A stretch of DNA of 64,000 bases, taken from NCBI GenBank assembly GCA_958009085.1, contig OY253683.1, positions 1-64,000 of the forward strand, read 5' to 3'. Positions 1-13,610 of the stretch are shown here, in pieces. Origin of the DNA: Protoeuglena noctilucae. Taxonomy: Eukaryota. The translations under genes were made by a program, and so were the position numbers. Numbering within the stretch: the first letter of the stretch is position 1; each line of letters begins with the position of its first letter. The notes beneath the pieces are model-generated. The model was not told the DNA's origin. It worked only from the letters and a program-made list of their open reading frames with translations, and made no database searches.

Positions 1-107
1 AAGACTCTCACTGGCCGTCCAGTGTGTCTAACAGGAGACACGCCATCACGTGCGGCGACAGTGCCGGTCTGCCACGCACCGCCTGTTTTCCTCGCCCTCT
101 TGTGCAG

Positions 108-1461
108 TCGGCGCTCGTGGACGTGCGCGCGGAGCTGGAGGCGTCCCAAGCGGCGGTGGAGGAGGCGCAGGGGCGCGCGGCGCTGCTGGAGGCGGACATG
201 GCGGCGCTGGGGGCGCTGCTGGAGGAGGGCGGGGCACCCGGGCCAGCACTGCAGTCGCCGGCGGGGGCGGTGCTGGCGGACAAGGTGGACCGACTGCGGC
301 GGCGCGCGGAGCGGGCGGTGCGGGAGCGGGACGACTTGCGCAAGGCCAAGGTGCGGAGCGGGGCGGGACGGGGAGACTGCTGTCCATACACGCATATGTC
401 CTGTCTTTGTCACACAAAGGCCCCGCTCTGCGTGCCATGATTGCAGATGGATTTGGAGTCGCAGCTGCGTTCGCTGGAGGTGCACGTCAAGCGCGCCGAG
501 GACGATCGCTCTCGCGCGCGGGAGGAGCTGAGCACGGCGCAGATGAAGGCGTCGGCGGGGGCGGCCAAGGAGCGGCAGTGGAAGGAGAGGGAGGCGCGGC
601 TGAGGCAGAGGGTGCAGGAGCTGGAGGAAGAGAACAAGGTGGGCGTGCGAGGGGATGCACCGTAGATGGCGGCCCGGCATGGCCAGTGCACGGGCTGCAT
701 GGGACCTGAGGCCCTCCCTTGCCCCGCAGCGCCTGGGGCAGCAGTCGACGCGGGCCGTGGACGACTTGGCGACGTTCAAGCAGGAGATGTCGCGCGTGCG
801 GGGGGAGCTGGCGCAGGGGGACCAGGAGCTGCGGGAGCAGGCACGCAAGTCGGCGGCTCGGGCGCGGGAGCTGGAGGCGCGGTGCGCGGAGCTGGAGCGG
901 CAGTGGGCGGACGCGGACGCGGAGGCCAAGGTGCTGCGTGGGATGGTGCAGGGTCTGAAGAACCAGGCGAAGTTCCGCCGCAACCGGGACGGGTCCGCCC
1001 GGGCGTCGGCGGAGCAGGGGTCGCCCTCTATGGGGGGGTGGGAGGCGGGGGCGGGGGGCCCTGCGGGGAGGTACGGGCCGTCCAAGAAGGGGCAGGCGAT
1101 GTTCCCGGAGGTGAGGGGATTGCGAGCTTGGGAGAGCAGAGCGCGAGTGGCGGTGGGGTGCGTGGTTTGGCGTTGTGCTACGGTCGGCCCTTGCCTCTGC
1201 GCTCTGCAGATCCGGGGCGCGAACGGTGGGGCCGCGGGCCCTCGCGGTGCGGGGCGCGCCGACGACGGCCCTCTGCCGCTGATCGGCGGGCGGGGTGACC
1301 GGCGCGGCGTGCGGGGGAGCGTGGAGGGTGCGTACGTGGACGAGGAGATGGAGGGCATGGACGGGATGGACGAGCACGGGGGCGCGGGGGCGGAGGAGGT
1401 GTCCGATGGGGAGTCTGCCGCACACGCGCCACTCCGGGAGTCCACTGACGCCTATGCGTGA
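108..1461 (+). CDS. Coiled-coil protein, 5'-partial (exons ~108-350, 447-638, 730-1110, 1210-1461)
   Basis: GT-AG bounded exons join in frame; E/A/R/K/Q-rich heptad sequence (LESQLRSLEVHVKRAEDDRSRAREEL); strongly GC-ending codons; stop at 1459-1461. Confidence 0.7.
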
Positions 1462-1603
1462 CCACCAGTGCCTAGCCAAGTGATGTGCTGATAGATGATC
1501 TCGTTCTAGCGCTTCATAGTGCCCCCGCGGACCTTTCCAATATACGTCGAACATCAATTCATGCTAAGTGCTTGGGCAGCGCGGCATGCCCAGGCAGCCC
1601 CCG

Positions 1604-2121
1604 TCAGCCCCCCGGCCAGGGCCATCCCGTGGTGCTGGTGCTCGAGAAGACGCGATCCCGGGCAACGTTGCACGCCGCGCGGTTGTGGGTAATCTTGCTC
1701 TCGGTGAGGTACCCCGTATAGCCCTTGATGATGTTGCCCCTGCGGCTCACCTGCACAGCGAGGGCGGGGCTGTACGTGGGCACCTGTAGCGGGAGCTGAT
1801 GGCCGGCCTGTTCCCCTGAAACACACCATCGCGCCCACTGCATTCAAGCCCTCGCCTGGCTCAGGTATCGCCCCTCGAGCTCGTAGACCTGCCCCTCGAT
1901 GCGCAGGAGGTCCCCGACCGCCTGCGCCAGCTGCGCCTCTGCCAAGGCCACCACCTTCGCTGCTTGCTGCGGAGAGAAACGACGATTGGGAGTTTGCAAT
2001 CGAGGCAATGCAACACTTGACGTGTTCAGGGCAGGAGCCTGCAGCGCCCCCGCGCCTGGTCCGGCTCGTTGCTCGCCACCGCCTCCGCGCCGACATTGGC
2101 CTTCTTCTTTCGTCCCCCCAT
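1604..2121 (-). CDS. EAF6: NuA4 histone acetyltransferase subunit EAF6/MEAF6 (exons 2121-2056, 1966-1856, 1750-1604; 107 aa)
   Basis: Spliced product contains IEGQVYELEGRYLSQ-VSRRGNIIKGYTGYL and DRVFSSTSTT, the EAF6 pattern (LE.QIY..E..YL......GN..KG...YL; DR.FS.SS.T). All exons are whole-codon lengths; both introns are GC-AG. Confidence 0.85.
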
Positions 2122-2414
2122 CCTCCCCAGAGCAACCCCCCGCAAATGGCCCAAGCCCCGTCACCGCGCCTCTCTTTGCACCCTCCCGGCCCCTGAATCG
2201 TTGTCAGGACGTCAGCCACCAGTGCAGGCGTGTAAGTGCTCGTTTCCAGGGGCGAGAGGGCGCGGCCAGTCAATGGCTGACGGGAAATCACTGGCAGGGG
2301 TAACCTGCACCTTTAAATTTGCGGGCGATGACTGAAGGATTGATAGAAGCGTGGAAAAAACGCAGCGTTACGGACCCAGACCATTGGAGCACTGCATCGG
2401 AAGCGGAAAAAGAG

Positions 2415-3586
2415 ATGGCTGCCGCGGGGAGGGCCTGGGGCGCGCCAGCCGCGCTCGCGCCCGCGCACACGGCCCTGAGCGCCCCGAGGATGGCGGTGCC
2501 AGCGATGTTGCACATGCGGCCGCGTCCTGCACCACCGGCGGGTCACGACCGGGTCCGCGGGTGCGGGTGGGGCCACGCGCGGCGCGGGGCGCGGCTTGTG
2601 GCGGCGGCGTGGGGCGACCCGGTGGAGTGGGCGGCGTGCCGCGTGGTGGCTTCGCGACCCGTCTGTCAGGGCGTCTCGTCTCTGACGATCGATCTCGGGG
2701 ATCGCGCGTCGGGGTTCACAAAAGCTGGCCAGTATATCCAGTTCCGCGTGGGGGACGCCAAGCCCGCGTTCATCGCGCTGGCGTCCTCTCCGGGACAGCC
2801 CGTCGAAGTCCTTGTCAAGGCGCAGGGCGGCACGGCCGAGGCGCTGTGCGCGCTGCGGCCGGGCGATGCGTTGGAGTGCAGCCCGGTGATGGGGAAGGGC
2901 TTCCCCTTCGAGTCCGCGCCCCCTTCCGAGTTCCCAAACCTGCTCATCTTCGTCATGGGCACGGGCATCTCGCCCGTGCGCTCCGCGATCGAGTCAGGCG
3001 CGGCGCGGGTGGGCGAGCGCAAGGCGGTCAAGGTGGGCGGGGCGGGGGCGAGGCTGACAGGCGCGAGGCTGGCAGGCACGCGTCGGTGAGCGTGTGAGGG
3101 CCGAGGCGTGCCCGCAGATGTATTATGGCGTGCGTGATGCGGACCACGACCCAGTGGCCAAGGACGGGCTGGTGGCCAAGTGGCAGGTGGGGCTATGGCA
3201 TGGTCCCTACATGGCGTGACCCGCGAAAGGGTGTCATGCACGGCGTTGTGGCTGCGCGGCGGCTCACTGGGCGTCGCCCCCGCGGCTGCAGGCGATGGGG
3301 GTGCAGGTGCAGGTGGTGTACAGCAAGGACGAGGGGCGGTACGTGCAAGACGCATTCCGGGACGACCCCAGCAAGCCCGACGTGGGGCCGGGGACGGCCG
3401 TGGTGCTGGTGGGCCAGAAAGGTGAGGGTGGGGCGGGCTCAGGCGGCCCTCCCCTTAGATACGGTAGGGTTGTTGGGCCCTTCCCTCACGGCTCCCCGCT
3501 CTGCGTCGTTGCTTCCAGAGATGGCCACTGCCGTCAAGGCTGCCCTGGAGCCGATGGGTGTGACGCGCTTCCTCACCAACTTCTAA
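2415..3586 (+). CDS. FNR-like FAD/NAD(P)-binding oxidoreductase (pKIWI502 fruit-protein-like), probably plastid-targeted; start codon uncertain (2415 or 2490)
   Basis: Motifs GQYIQF, FIALASSP, SPVMGKGF, GTGISPVRSAIE, YYG, VLVGQKEM and C-terminal LTNF; exons ~2415-3032, 3118-3186, 3292-3421, 3519-3586; R/A/P-rich N-terminus. Confidence 0.8.
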
Positions 3587-4379
3587 CGCATGCGTAAGGG
3601 CAGGTCGCCGTGCTTTCCTGCAACTGCTGTTCGTTCAAGCGATCCGTGTGCGCACATGCAGTCACTGTCTACAGAGCGTTGCAGCTTAGGTCCAGGGGCG
3701 ATCTCGGGAGAGTGCGGGCCGCCACGGGCGACCTGGGCCTGCACGACGACTAGGGCGCCTCCCCTCTACTGCTGGTGTCAAACAGATGCAGGTGCACCCT
3801 TTCCCCCCACTGCCCCCCACCGGCCGGATGACGAGATGTTTAGTAACCTGAGGGGCCTGCGCCTCTGGCCAGGCGCCCGCGGATCCCACGCCATTGCCCC
3901 CCCGTCCGGGGACGTGGCGGTGGCGGGGCCGCCAGCAGCCAGCGCAGCCCAGCGGCAACGCTCAGGTGGCGCACACATGCTGACAACTCAGGCGAATCCG
4001 ACGGCTCGGTGGGGGGCGGGGCCAGGGGCACCAGGGCAGCACGCGTCGCTCGCCGTGCGCAGTAGACAAGGGCAGGGGGGCTGGGAGGGGCATGTCGCGT
4101 TGGCAGGCGACGGTGGCCAAAATGCAGAGAGCCGCATGTGGCGTCGAGAGGCTCTAGCAGGAAAATACCATTGTCACTCCGAAAGGGAAAAAGGGAGGGG
4201 TTAGGGGGAGGGGAGGAGCAACAGAGGCCGGGCCAGGCTGGGATACCGCACCGTCGCCCCATTCACGAGACCGCCAAAGACCGGGCCGCGTCTCTCGCGT
4301 CTCTCTAACAGAGACTCTCTCTTACAGAGAGACGTGGCGAGGCCCGTCCCTGCTCGTCCTTGCTCGTCCCGTCCCTGCC

Positions 4380-5399
4380 TCAGTCGGGCTCCTCGAGGGC
4401 CAGGCCCCGGACCTGGTCCACGACGTGGTCCACGGGCGTGCCATCCGCCAGTCGGGGGGTCTCGCTCCCGGAGTCCCATGCGCTGTCGTCGAGGCGGGAG
4501 TCGGCGAGCTCCATCCACGTCACCATGTCCCGCTCGCCAAACGAGGGCCTGCATGGGCCACGGGTAGAAGGGTGGTGGAGGCGTCGGTGGAGGGCAGGGG
4601 CGGAGGCACTGCCAGCGCTGGGATGCGAGGGCGCTGCGCACCCGGGCATGTCCTCCAGAGAGCCTGACTGCGCCACGGAGCCCTCGCGTGCAGCCCAGCC
4701 GGCCTGTGCCTGAATGGACAGCTCGGCCATGCGGGCCGCACGAGCGCTGGCCAGGGCCTCCCGGGCGGCCCTGAGGACAGGGAAACGGCAACTTCTTAGC
4801 TGAGCCTAACAGCTGCACTCGGCTCCCTGTGCGTGCACTGCAGCTGTCACGTCACCTGCGGGCCAACCGCACCACGCGGTCGTCGGCCGTCCCGACGACT
4901 GCGAGACCGGGCACCGGCACCGCCTCCAAGCACAGGTCGCTCGGCCGGCCGGAGGGCAGCCACTTGCCGGGCCTCGGGGAGCCTCGTTGGGTCAGTGCAG
5001 AGGGGTGCAGCGCGCGCTCAGGACTCGCGTCCTCGCCCTCCCACTCGCTTTGTACGGACCTGACGGTACCGGTCGTGGCGGCAGCGCTGCTCCGCTGCTC
5101 CACAACCAGCTCAGCCAGGGGGGCCGGAGCTGGGGCACGCTCGAGCTCGGCGCGCAGGAACGCGACCCTATTGCGGACCTTCACGCCACCATCAGGAGGA
5201 CGGATGCGACCCTGCACTCCGCGGGCAATGGGCGGTTGTAAACGCTGGCCCAGCTGCACGTGACGGGGCGTTGACTCCCTTCTCCCCACCCCGGCCTCAC
5301 CTGGTCGATCGACGCCAGCAGGGCCTGCTGCCGAGCAAGCTGTGCCTCTAGTGCAAGGCGCGCTTCCAACTGGCCGGCCGCGGGGGTGGGAACCACCAT
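4380..5399 (-). CDS. Hypothetical protein, about 4 exons
   Basis: Minus-strand GT-AG exons (~5399-5301, 5254-4856, 4771-4643, 4549-4380) can be joined in frame; no recognisable domain. Confidence 0.45.
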
Positions 5400-5673
5400 T
5401 GCCGGCTGCAAAAAAAGGGGCGTTTAAAGGGGAGCACGACAAGCCATATCGGAGCATCCCTAGGCCATCTCGAAACACAAAGTGGCCGAGCAACGCGAGC
5501 CGGGCGCGCAGAGCGGCGCTTTGCAATCTGCCAGTCTCTGGGGTTTCCCCGTAAACGAGCTCAGGACAGGCCCAACACCAAGATCTGGCGTGGCATTCCT
5601 AGATTTCCCTGATTCGGCACAGGCTCGGTGTCCCTGCGACGGTCGGCCGGCCCTGCTGAGTTGACCTGGGGCC

Positions 5674-8600
5674 ATGGCCCAGGACGAGGCAAAGGCTCCG
5701 GCCCCTGGAGCGGAGGGAAAGGAGGTCAAGAAGAAGGGCGACAAGGGAAAGGAGCCGGAGAATCCCGACGAGGATCTGTCCGATGAGGACCTGCTCATCA
5801 AGCAGAAGCTGGAAAGCGCCGTGGAGAGGGCACAGTCTGACAACGCGGCGATTCAGAAGGAAGCTCTGGAGTACATCAAGTGAGTGGGAGGGCGGAGGGC
5901 CTGCTGGAGCCCGCCGGGGGCGAGAGCTCGGCGCTACGCCGCAAGGCCACCAGCTGCTTGCCTGTTGCTGGGGCCTCGCGTGCACCAGGCCTCGACCACG
6001 TCGTTATCTGAGACCTGATGAAACGAGCCGTGGCCTCTTTTGCGCGGGACGGCTTGGGGAGCGACCTCCCGGTCCAAAGCGCGGGGACGAGCGCAGCGTG
6101 GTCCCCGCCGCCGATCTTTCCTCCGTCTGGCCCCGCAGGAACGACGTCCGGAGCTCCACGACATCGATGACGGCGGAACCGAAGCCCCTGCGGTTCCTCC
6201 GCCCGCATTACGCGACCCTCAAGGCCTTTTTTGAGTCCAAGGTCCCGGAGGTGGGGGCGATTCCTGGATTGCTCGGCGAGGCCTGTCGAGCCGCTCCCTT
6301 CTCCTTCGGATGCTCCCGCGCGCCTCCTACCTCCCCGCAGGGCAGCCCCAACCGCCCCCTCTACGCGGCGGTGCTGTCGGTGCTGGCCATGACGAGCGCG
6401 CGCCCCGAGGACCGCGAGTCCCTTCGCTTCTGCCTGGCGTCGGGCGACGTGTCCTTCGCGGACCAGTGGGGCCACGAGTACCTGCGCCACCTGGCCGGGG
6501 AGATCGCCTCCGAGTACGACGTGCGCGTGGAGGCGGGGGGCGCGACGGAGGACCTTATGGGCCTGGTGCGGGTCATCGTGCCGGAGCACATGCAGAACAA
6601 CGCCGAGCCCGAGGCGGTGGACCTGCTCTTGGAGGTGGAGGCCATCGACCTGGTGGTGGAGCACGCGTCGGAGCAGTCGTGCCAGCGCACGTGCCTGTAC
6701 CTGGTGTCGTGCGCCGCCTACCTGCCCGCGCCGGAGAACGTCGAGGTGCTTGAGTGCGCGTACAAGGTGCACGCCAAGTTCGGCCAGTGGGTGGACGCGG
6801 CGCGCGTGGCCCTCAAGCTCGACAGCCGGCCGCTGGTCGAGGGGGCCTTCGTGGCGTGCCGCGACGAGATCGACCGCAAGCAGATCATGTACCTGCTCGC
6901 GCGGCAGGGGTTCGTTATCAACGTCGAGGAGGGGCCATGCGCCGGTGATCACTGAGCGCGTGCCAGCTGCTGCGTTGCGGTCGTCTCTTGACAGTGCAGT
7001 ATCGCCAGAGACCACTGCCTGTGCCAGCTAGGCATTGCAGGACGGGAGCTGTTGCCTGGAAGGGTGCCAATGCTCATGTCACCAATCTACCCGTCTCCGC
7101 AGTGGAGGACGCGACCCTGCGCGACCAGCTCCGCGCCATCATGGGCAACGCGCAGCTGAGCGAGCACTTCCTCGCCCTGGCCCGCGACCTGGACGTGGTG
7201 GAGGCCAAGACCCCCGAGGACGTGTACAAGTCGCACCTGGTGGACGGGCGGGCGCCGGTGGGGCCGAGCGTGGACTCGGCGCGCCAGAACCTGGCCAACA
7301 CGTTCGTGAGCGCGCTGGTCAACGCGGGGTTCGGCCACGACAAGCTGGTGCTGCCGCCCGAGGCGGGGGGCGACGGGGCGGGGAGCTCCGAGGCGCACTG
7401 GATCTACAAGAACCGGGAGCACGGCAAGCTGTCCGCAGCGGCGTCGCTGGGCCTGGTGATGCTGTGGGACGTGGACAACGGCCTGTCGAAGATCGACCGG
7501 TTCATGTATACGTCCGACCCCCACATCACGGCGGGGGCGTGCCTGGCCGTCGGCGTCGTGTCGTCGTCTGTGCGGCACGAGATGGACCCGGCGCTGGCGC
7601 TGCTGTCGGACAAGCTCTCGGCCGACCAGCCGGAGGTGCGGGAGAGGGCCGTGCTGGGCTTGGGCCTGGCGTACGCGGGCACGGCGCGCGAGGAGGTGGC
7701 GGACCTGCTGGGCCCCATCGCGGCGGACCCGGGGGCGACGCCGGAGGTGGCGTCCCTGGCGCTGGGCATGGTGTTCGTGGGCACCATGCACGACGGGTGC
7801 GCGGCGCACATCCTCCAGGGCCTCATGATGCGGTCGGACGTGGACCTGGGGCTGCCCCTGGCGCCCCTGGCGGCCCTGGGCCTGGCGCTGCTCTTCCTGG
7901 GGAGGCAGGAGGCCGCGGAGCCCACCCTGGAGATCACGCGGACCCTCTCGCCCAAGATCGCCAAGTTCGCAGAGACACTGGTGCGTGGGAGGAGGCCGGG
8001 GAGAGGGGCGCATGCTGCAGGCAACAGCTGGGTCGTCGCTCAACCCCTGTCGCGCCTCGCTCTTTTGTGCAGACCATGGCGTGCGCGTACGCGGGGACGG
8101 GCAGCGTGCTGCGGGTGCAGTCTCTGCTGGCGCTGTGCGGGCAGGCCCCGGGCAAGGAGGGGGAGCGGAAGGGAGAGGGAGAAGGGGAAAAGCGGGAGGG
8201 GGAGGGCGGGGACGAGGCGGGGGGGGAGCTGGCGGACCAATTGGTGCAGGGGGTGGCGGTGCTGGGTGAGGGGCCTTGTTGCAAGCGGTGGGGGTGATGA
8301 TTTGTGGTATGCCTGCCGCCTCATCAACTCGCGACCCCTTCCCGCACTGCAGGCGTGGCTCTGGTGGCGATGGGGGAGGAGCTGGGTTCCAAGATGGCCC
8401 AGCGGTCCTTCGACCACGTCCTGCAGTACTGCGGGCCTGCCGCTCGCCGCGCCGTGCCCCTGGCCGTGGCCCTGCTGAACGTCTCCAGCCCCGACATGCT
8501 GGCGATGGACGTGCTGTCGCGCCTGAGCCACGACGCGGACGGGGACGTGGCGATGGGGGCGTGCCTGGGGCTGGGGCTCATGGGGGCCGGCACCAACAAC

Positions 8601-9140
8601 GCCCGCCTGGCCAACATGCTCCGGCAGCTCTCCAGCTACTTCTACAAGGAGCCGTCGTGCCTCTTCCTGACGCGCGTGTCGCAGGGCCTCGTGCACCTGG
8701 GCAAGGGCCTGCTGACCCTCAGCCCGCACCACTCGGACCGCCTCCTGCTGTCCGGGCAGGGCGTGGCGGGGCTGCTGGCCGTGCTGGTGGCGTCGCTGCA
8801 GATGAAGGCGACGCTGGCCGGCCGCCACCACCCGCTGCTCTACTGCCTGGCGCCCGCCATGCACCCCCGCATGTTCATGCCCGTCTCCCCGGACGGCGCC
8901 ATCATCCAGACGCCCGCGCGCGTCGGCGAGGCCGTGGACGTGGTGGCGCAGGCGGGGCGGCCCAAGGCCATCACGGGGTTCCAGACCCACACCACCCCGG
9001 TGCTCCTGGCGGTCGGGGAGCGGGCCGAGCTCGCCACCGAAAAGTACCTGCCGCGCAGCAGCGTGCTCGAGGGCCTTGTCATCTGCGTGGAGAACCCGGA
9101 CTACGTGGAGGAAGTGCACGAGAAGCACGCCCACGGGTAG
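5674..9140 (+). CDS. RPN1: 26S proteasome non-ATPase regulatory subunit RPN1/PSMD2 (6 exons)
   Basis: SSTTSMTAEPKPLRFLRPHY, WGHEYLRHLAGEI, NAEPEAVDLLLEVE, DSARQNLANTFV.ALVNAGFG.DKL, GAGTNNARLA.MLRQL..Y.YKE, VGEAVDVVAQAGRPKAITGFQTHTTPVLL. Confidence 0.97.
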
Positions 9141-9422
9141 CTGCGGGTTGCATGATCGGCGCTGGGGGAGCTTGGGGAAGGATAGGGCTGGCTTTGCGGG
9201 GTGCTAGCGTGGCGTGGGTGGGGATGCTCGTTGAAGGACACTGGCACTGGCAGTCCTGACAGCACTGACATGCTCGCGCCTGGCCTCAGAAAGCGGCCCT
9301 CTCGCTTCTTCTGACCATCGATCTCTTGCCGGCAGGGCTGGGGTCGGCGATGGCGTGCCACTCGCCGCAACGCTCCTCGAATCCACCAGAGCCGTCTCCT
9401 TTGCAGCATTTCCCCGCCCTGC

Positions 9423-10998
9423 ATGAGCGTCCTGCGCCGTCTGGGGGCCAGGCTGCCCAGCTTGTTCAGTGATCAAGCATGTGGGGCATGGAGCGGGCTT
9501 GAATCTGTCGGGAGGTGACGCGGCGGCTCGTGCGGCGGAGCATGCACGTGTATGCGCGTACGCGGCCGGCAGGACGGCGCGATTGCAGGTCTGAGCTCGC
9601 ACATCGATTCTGTATGAAGTCATGCCCTGGCTGGGATGGTCGTGACTGCAGGGCGGCGAGCGGACTGGGGGCATCGCCCAGCACTTGCCGCACAGCGGGG
9701 ACGCGAGCGGCGAGGCCCGCCTCCACGCCGTTTTGGGCTGCGTCGGGGGATGGCATGACTCCGTTGGAATTGACGCCCCCGAAGCGCCCCCCCGTCATCC
9801 GCATGGACCCCCGGGACCCTGATTTCAAGGTTTGCGGCGGCCTTGGTGCGCGCTCGTGCCTACCACGCGAGCCTGCAGGCTTGGCGTCTGCCTTCTTCTT
9901 CCGCAAATGTATTACCTCCATCCACGCGTCGCAGGTGTTGACCCATCGGCAGAACGTGGCGGAGACGGGCCCGCGGTGGATCGGGGCGACCAAGTGGGAC
10001 AATGCGGTGTCGCTGTGGCCCAGGCAGGGCTCGAGGGCGGACGTCACGTATCCGGTGCATGATTGGGATTGCAACCGCGTCGGGGAGATCGTGCTGGACG
10101 GCCGGGTGTTCAACTACCGCATCCGCACGGACCTGATGCACGCCTACGTGCGCTGGCAGCTGGCCAAGCGGAGGCAGGGCACGCACAAGACCAAGACGCG
10201 GGGGGAGAAGCGCGGCGGGGGACGGAAGCCCCGCCCCCAGAAGGGGTCGGGGATGGCGCGCCTGGGCTCGATCCGCTCGCCCGTCATGAGCAAGGGCAGT
10301 CACGCCAAGGCACGGACACCCAAGGTGCGCTGAGGGCTGGGGTGTGTGGTCGGACACGCGAGGGCGCGTTTGCGAAGGCCAGCTGCAAGCAAAGGGGCAA
10401 GCCAGTGACCGGGGGAGCCGACACCTGTCACATCTGCCGCCCGCAGTCGTGGGCGCACAAGCTCAACCGCAAGGTGCGGCGGCTGGCGCTGGCGTCCGCG
10501 CTGTCGGCCAAGGCGCACGAGGGCCACCTCCTGGTGCTCGACTGCCTGGACAGCTCGGGCAAGACGCGGGAGATGGCGGCGCGGCTGCGGGAGATCGTGC
10601 CGCCCGGGTACCGCACCTCGGTGCTGCTGCTGGACGAGGAGAAGGACTCACAGCGCGGGCAGCTCCTGCGCCGCGCCTCTGGCAACATCCCCGGCGTGAT
10701 GGTCACGCCCGCCGAGGGGCTCAACGTGTGGCAGGTGCTGCAGCAGGACTTCCTCGTCATGTCCCGCGCTTCCGTGGAGGCCGTGGTGGCCCGGCTCCTG
10801 CGCGACAACATGCGCGGTTGGACCATCCGCCCGGCCGGCTACGAGTCCCCTTGGGCCAAGCTCATGCGGGAATACAACGAGGAGCGGCGGGCGAGGGGGC
10901 TGCCGCCGCTGCCCCGGCGCACGCAGGTCATGTCTGCGATGGACCGGGCGTACCAGCACAAGATTGAGCTTTACCCGGGCCAGTCGCGGCCGACTTAG
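9423..10998 (+). CDS. MRPL4: Mitochondrial ribosomal protein uL4m with N- and C-terminal extensions (4 exons)
   Basis: L4 motifs VRWQLAKRRQGTHKTKTRGE..GGGRKPRPQKGSGMARLGSIRSP and KLNRKVRRLAL.SALSAK; N-terminus MSVLRRLGARLPSL resembles a mitochondrial presequence. Confidence 0.9.
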
Positions 10999-11300
10999 GG
11001 TCCGGCGCCCTGTCGCTTGGGCTTTGAAGGACTGGAAGGGACCGAAAGATTTGCCAGCTGCATGCGGCCCGTTACATGGGCGAGCTCTGGGGCGCATAGG
11101 CTCTAAGCTCAACTCCTGGTTGCACTGGTGTTCCGACGGTCCGCCAGTATTCTGCTCCTCTTTGAGCTCTCCGCGACCAGACGCATCCAGTTCCGCATCA
11201 GGAGCCGCTACAGCAGGAACCCGTTACGTAGCGATCCCTCACTGGAAGCCGTACGCGCGTTGCGCCGCACAGAGGGGGGGAAGGCAGTGGGGCTGGAGGC

Positions 11301-13610
11301 ATGCTGCTGAGGTGGTCGCGGAAGGCCCTCTCCGGGTCTGCCAACGCGGCCTGGGCATCCGGGTGAGTAGTTCTATCCGGCGGCGGTGGAGAACGCGATT
11401 GTGAGAGGCTGCCCGTGGTGGGCTCGGCTGCATTGTGCGCCAGGCCAGCGGCAATGATTGCCGCGCCGGCGCAGCAGGAAGGCTCGCCAGGGAAGCCCTG
11501 TGCGCTCCTCGATCCGAACTGGAGCCACCTTTCTCGGGACGTCTCTGTCCGGGTCGCGCTCTGCGAGGCCCGCGCGGTCTGAGCTGCGAGTGCGAACCTC
11601 TCCCTCCCTGCCTTGCCCCGCGTAGCTGGCCCTCCTGACCGCGCGCGATGGTTTCATGCGTCTTTTCCCGAACCTCTGGCGCGATTGGGTCGTCGCGAAC
11701 GGGCCGCGCGCGATCGGACGCTCGCAGGGCGAGGCGCTTCACGGCTCCCGCGGAGAAGACGACGTTCGGCGGGCTGAAGGATGAAGACCGGATTTTCACG
11801 AACATCTACGGAGAGCACGACCCGTTCATGAAGGTGCGCGGGGCTCGTTTGGCTGGGCGCATGGCTGGTCGCTCTCTTGCGCCCGCTTCGGGGGCGTGTG
11901 CGGGCTCATTCCGCGTCTGGTGGCGGTTCCTCGCGATCCTGGCCCTGCGATGCCCGTCACGGGCCCGTGAGCGACCGTGCACGGGGCGCACGTGTTTCGG
12001 AGCCCCCTCCGCGCCCCCCGCCGCGCGACGCCCTGCCCCTGCAACGTGTCATGGCGCTTTCCCCTGAAAGGTGCCGTCGCTAACACCCCCCTACCCTCCC
12101 GCTCGCCAGGGTGCCGAGGCTCGGGGCGACTGGTACCGCACGAAGGACCTCGTCCTCAAGGGCCGCGACTGGATCATCGAGGAGATGAAGAAGTCGGGTC
12201 TGCGGGGCCGCGGGGGCGCCGGCTTCCCCTCGGGCCTCAAGTGGTCCTTCATGCCCAAGCAGACGGACGGGCGTCCGTCGTACCTGGTGGTGAACGGGGA
12301 CGAGTCGGAGCCCGGCACGTGCAAGGACCGCGAGATCATGCGGCACGAGCCGCACAAGCTCGTCGAGGGCTGCCTCATCGCCGGCGTCGGCATGGGCGCC
12401 CGCGTCGGCTACATCTACATCCGGGGGGAGTTTGTCAACGAGCGGAGGGCCGTGGAGCGGGCCATCGACGAGGCGTACGCCAAGGGGTACCTGGGGAAGA
12501 ACGCCTGCGGGTCCGGCTACGACTTTGACCTGAACGTGCACTACGGCGCGGGGGCGTACATTTGCGGGGAGGAGACGGCGCTCATCGAGAGCCTGGAGGG
12601 CAAGCAGGGCAAGCCGAGGCTCAAGGTGCGGGCTGGAAGGGGGCACAATTGACACGCATGTGCCTAACACCCCTTTCTTGGATGACGGGGCTCGGCATGC
12701 GCCCGTGTCTGGGGTCGTGTGATGCACCTCACCGCACATGCGCCTTCCCTCACCCACCCCCCCGCAGCCGCCCTTCCCCGCGGGCGTGGGTCTCTACGGC
12801 TGCCCGACGACGGTGACGAACGTGGAGACGGTGGCCGTGTCCCCCACCATCCTCCGCCGGGGCCCCGACTGGTTCGCCTCGTTCGGCCGCAAGAACAACC
12901 ACGGCACGAAGCTCTTCGCCATCTCGGGGCACGTGAACAGGCCCGTGACGGTGGAGGAGGAGATGTCCATCCCGCTGAGGTGAGCGACGCTGCGGGCATC
13001 AGCACATGTGTGGCTGTTCGGGGTGTGAGCGGTCGTGACTTGCTCTGATTGGGTGCTGGGCGTTAGAGAGCGTTTGTAACTCCCAGCGTCCCTCTGCCTC
13101 TTGCCTCGCAGGGAGCTGATCGAGCGCCACGCGGGCGGCGTGCGCGGGGGCTGGGACAATCTGCTGGCCATCATCCCCGGGGGCTCCTCGGTGCCCCTCA
13201 TCCCGCGCAAGGTGTGCGATGACGTGCTGATGGACTTCGACGCGCTGCGCACGGCCCAGTCCGGGCTGGGCACGGCGGCCGTCATCGTGATGGACAAGAC
13301 GACGGACGTCATCGACGCCATTGCCCGCCTGAGCTACTTCTACAAGCACGAGTCGTGCGGGCAGTGCACGCCCTGCCGCGAGGGCACGGGGTGGCTGTAC
13401 GACATGATGCAGCGCATGCGGCGGGGGGACGCGCGCTTAGAGGAGATTGACATGTTGTGGGAGGTGACGAAGCAGATCGAGGGGCACACCATCTGCGCCC
13501 TGGGGGACGCGGCGGCCTGGCCGGTGCAGGGCCTCATCCGCCACTTCCGGCCGCTGATGGAGGAGCGCATCAACGCATTCCAGGACACGCAGAAGCGCAT
13601 CACGGCATGA
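11301..13610 (+). CDS. NDUFV1: NADH:ubiquinone oxidoreductase 51 kDa FMN subunit (5 exons; exon 1 is 11301-11362)
   Basis: [79 protein letters not shown]; presequence exon [12 protein letters not shown] joins in phase to [10 protein letters not shown]. Confidence 0.97.
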
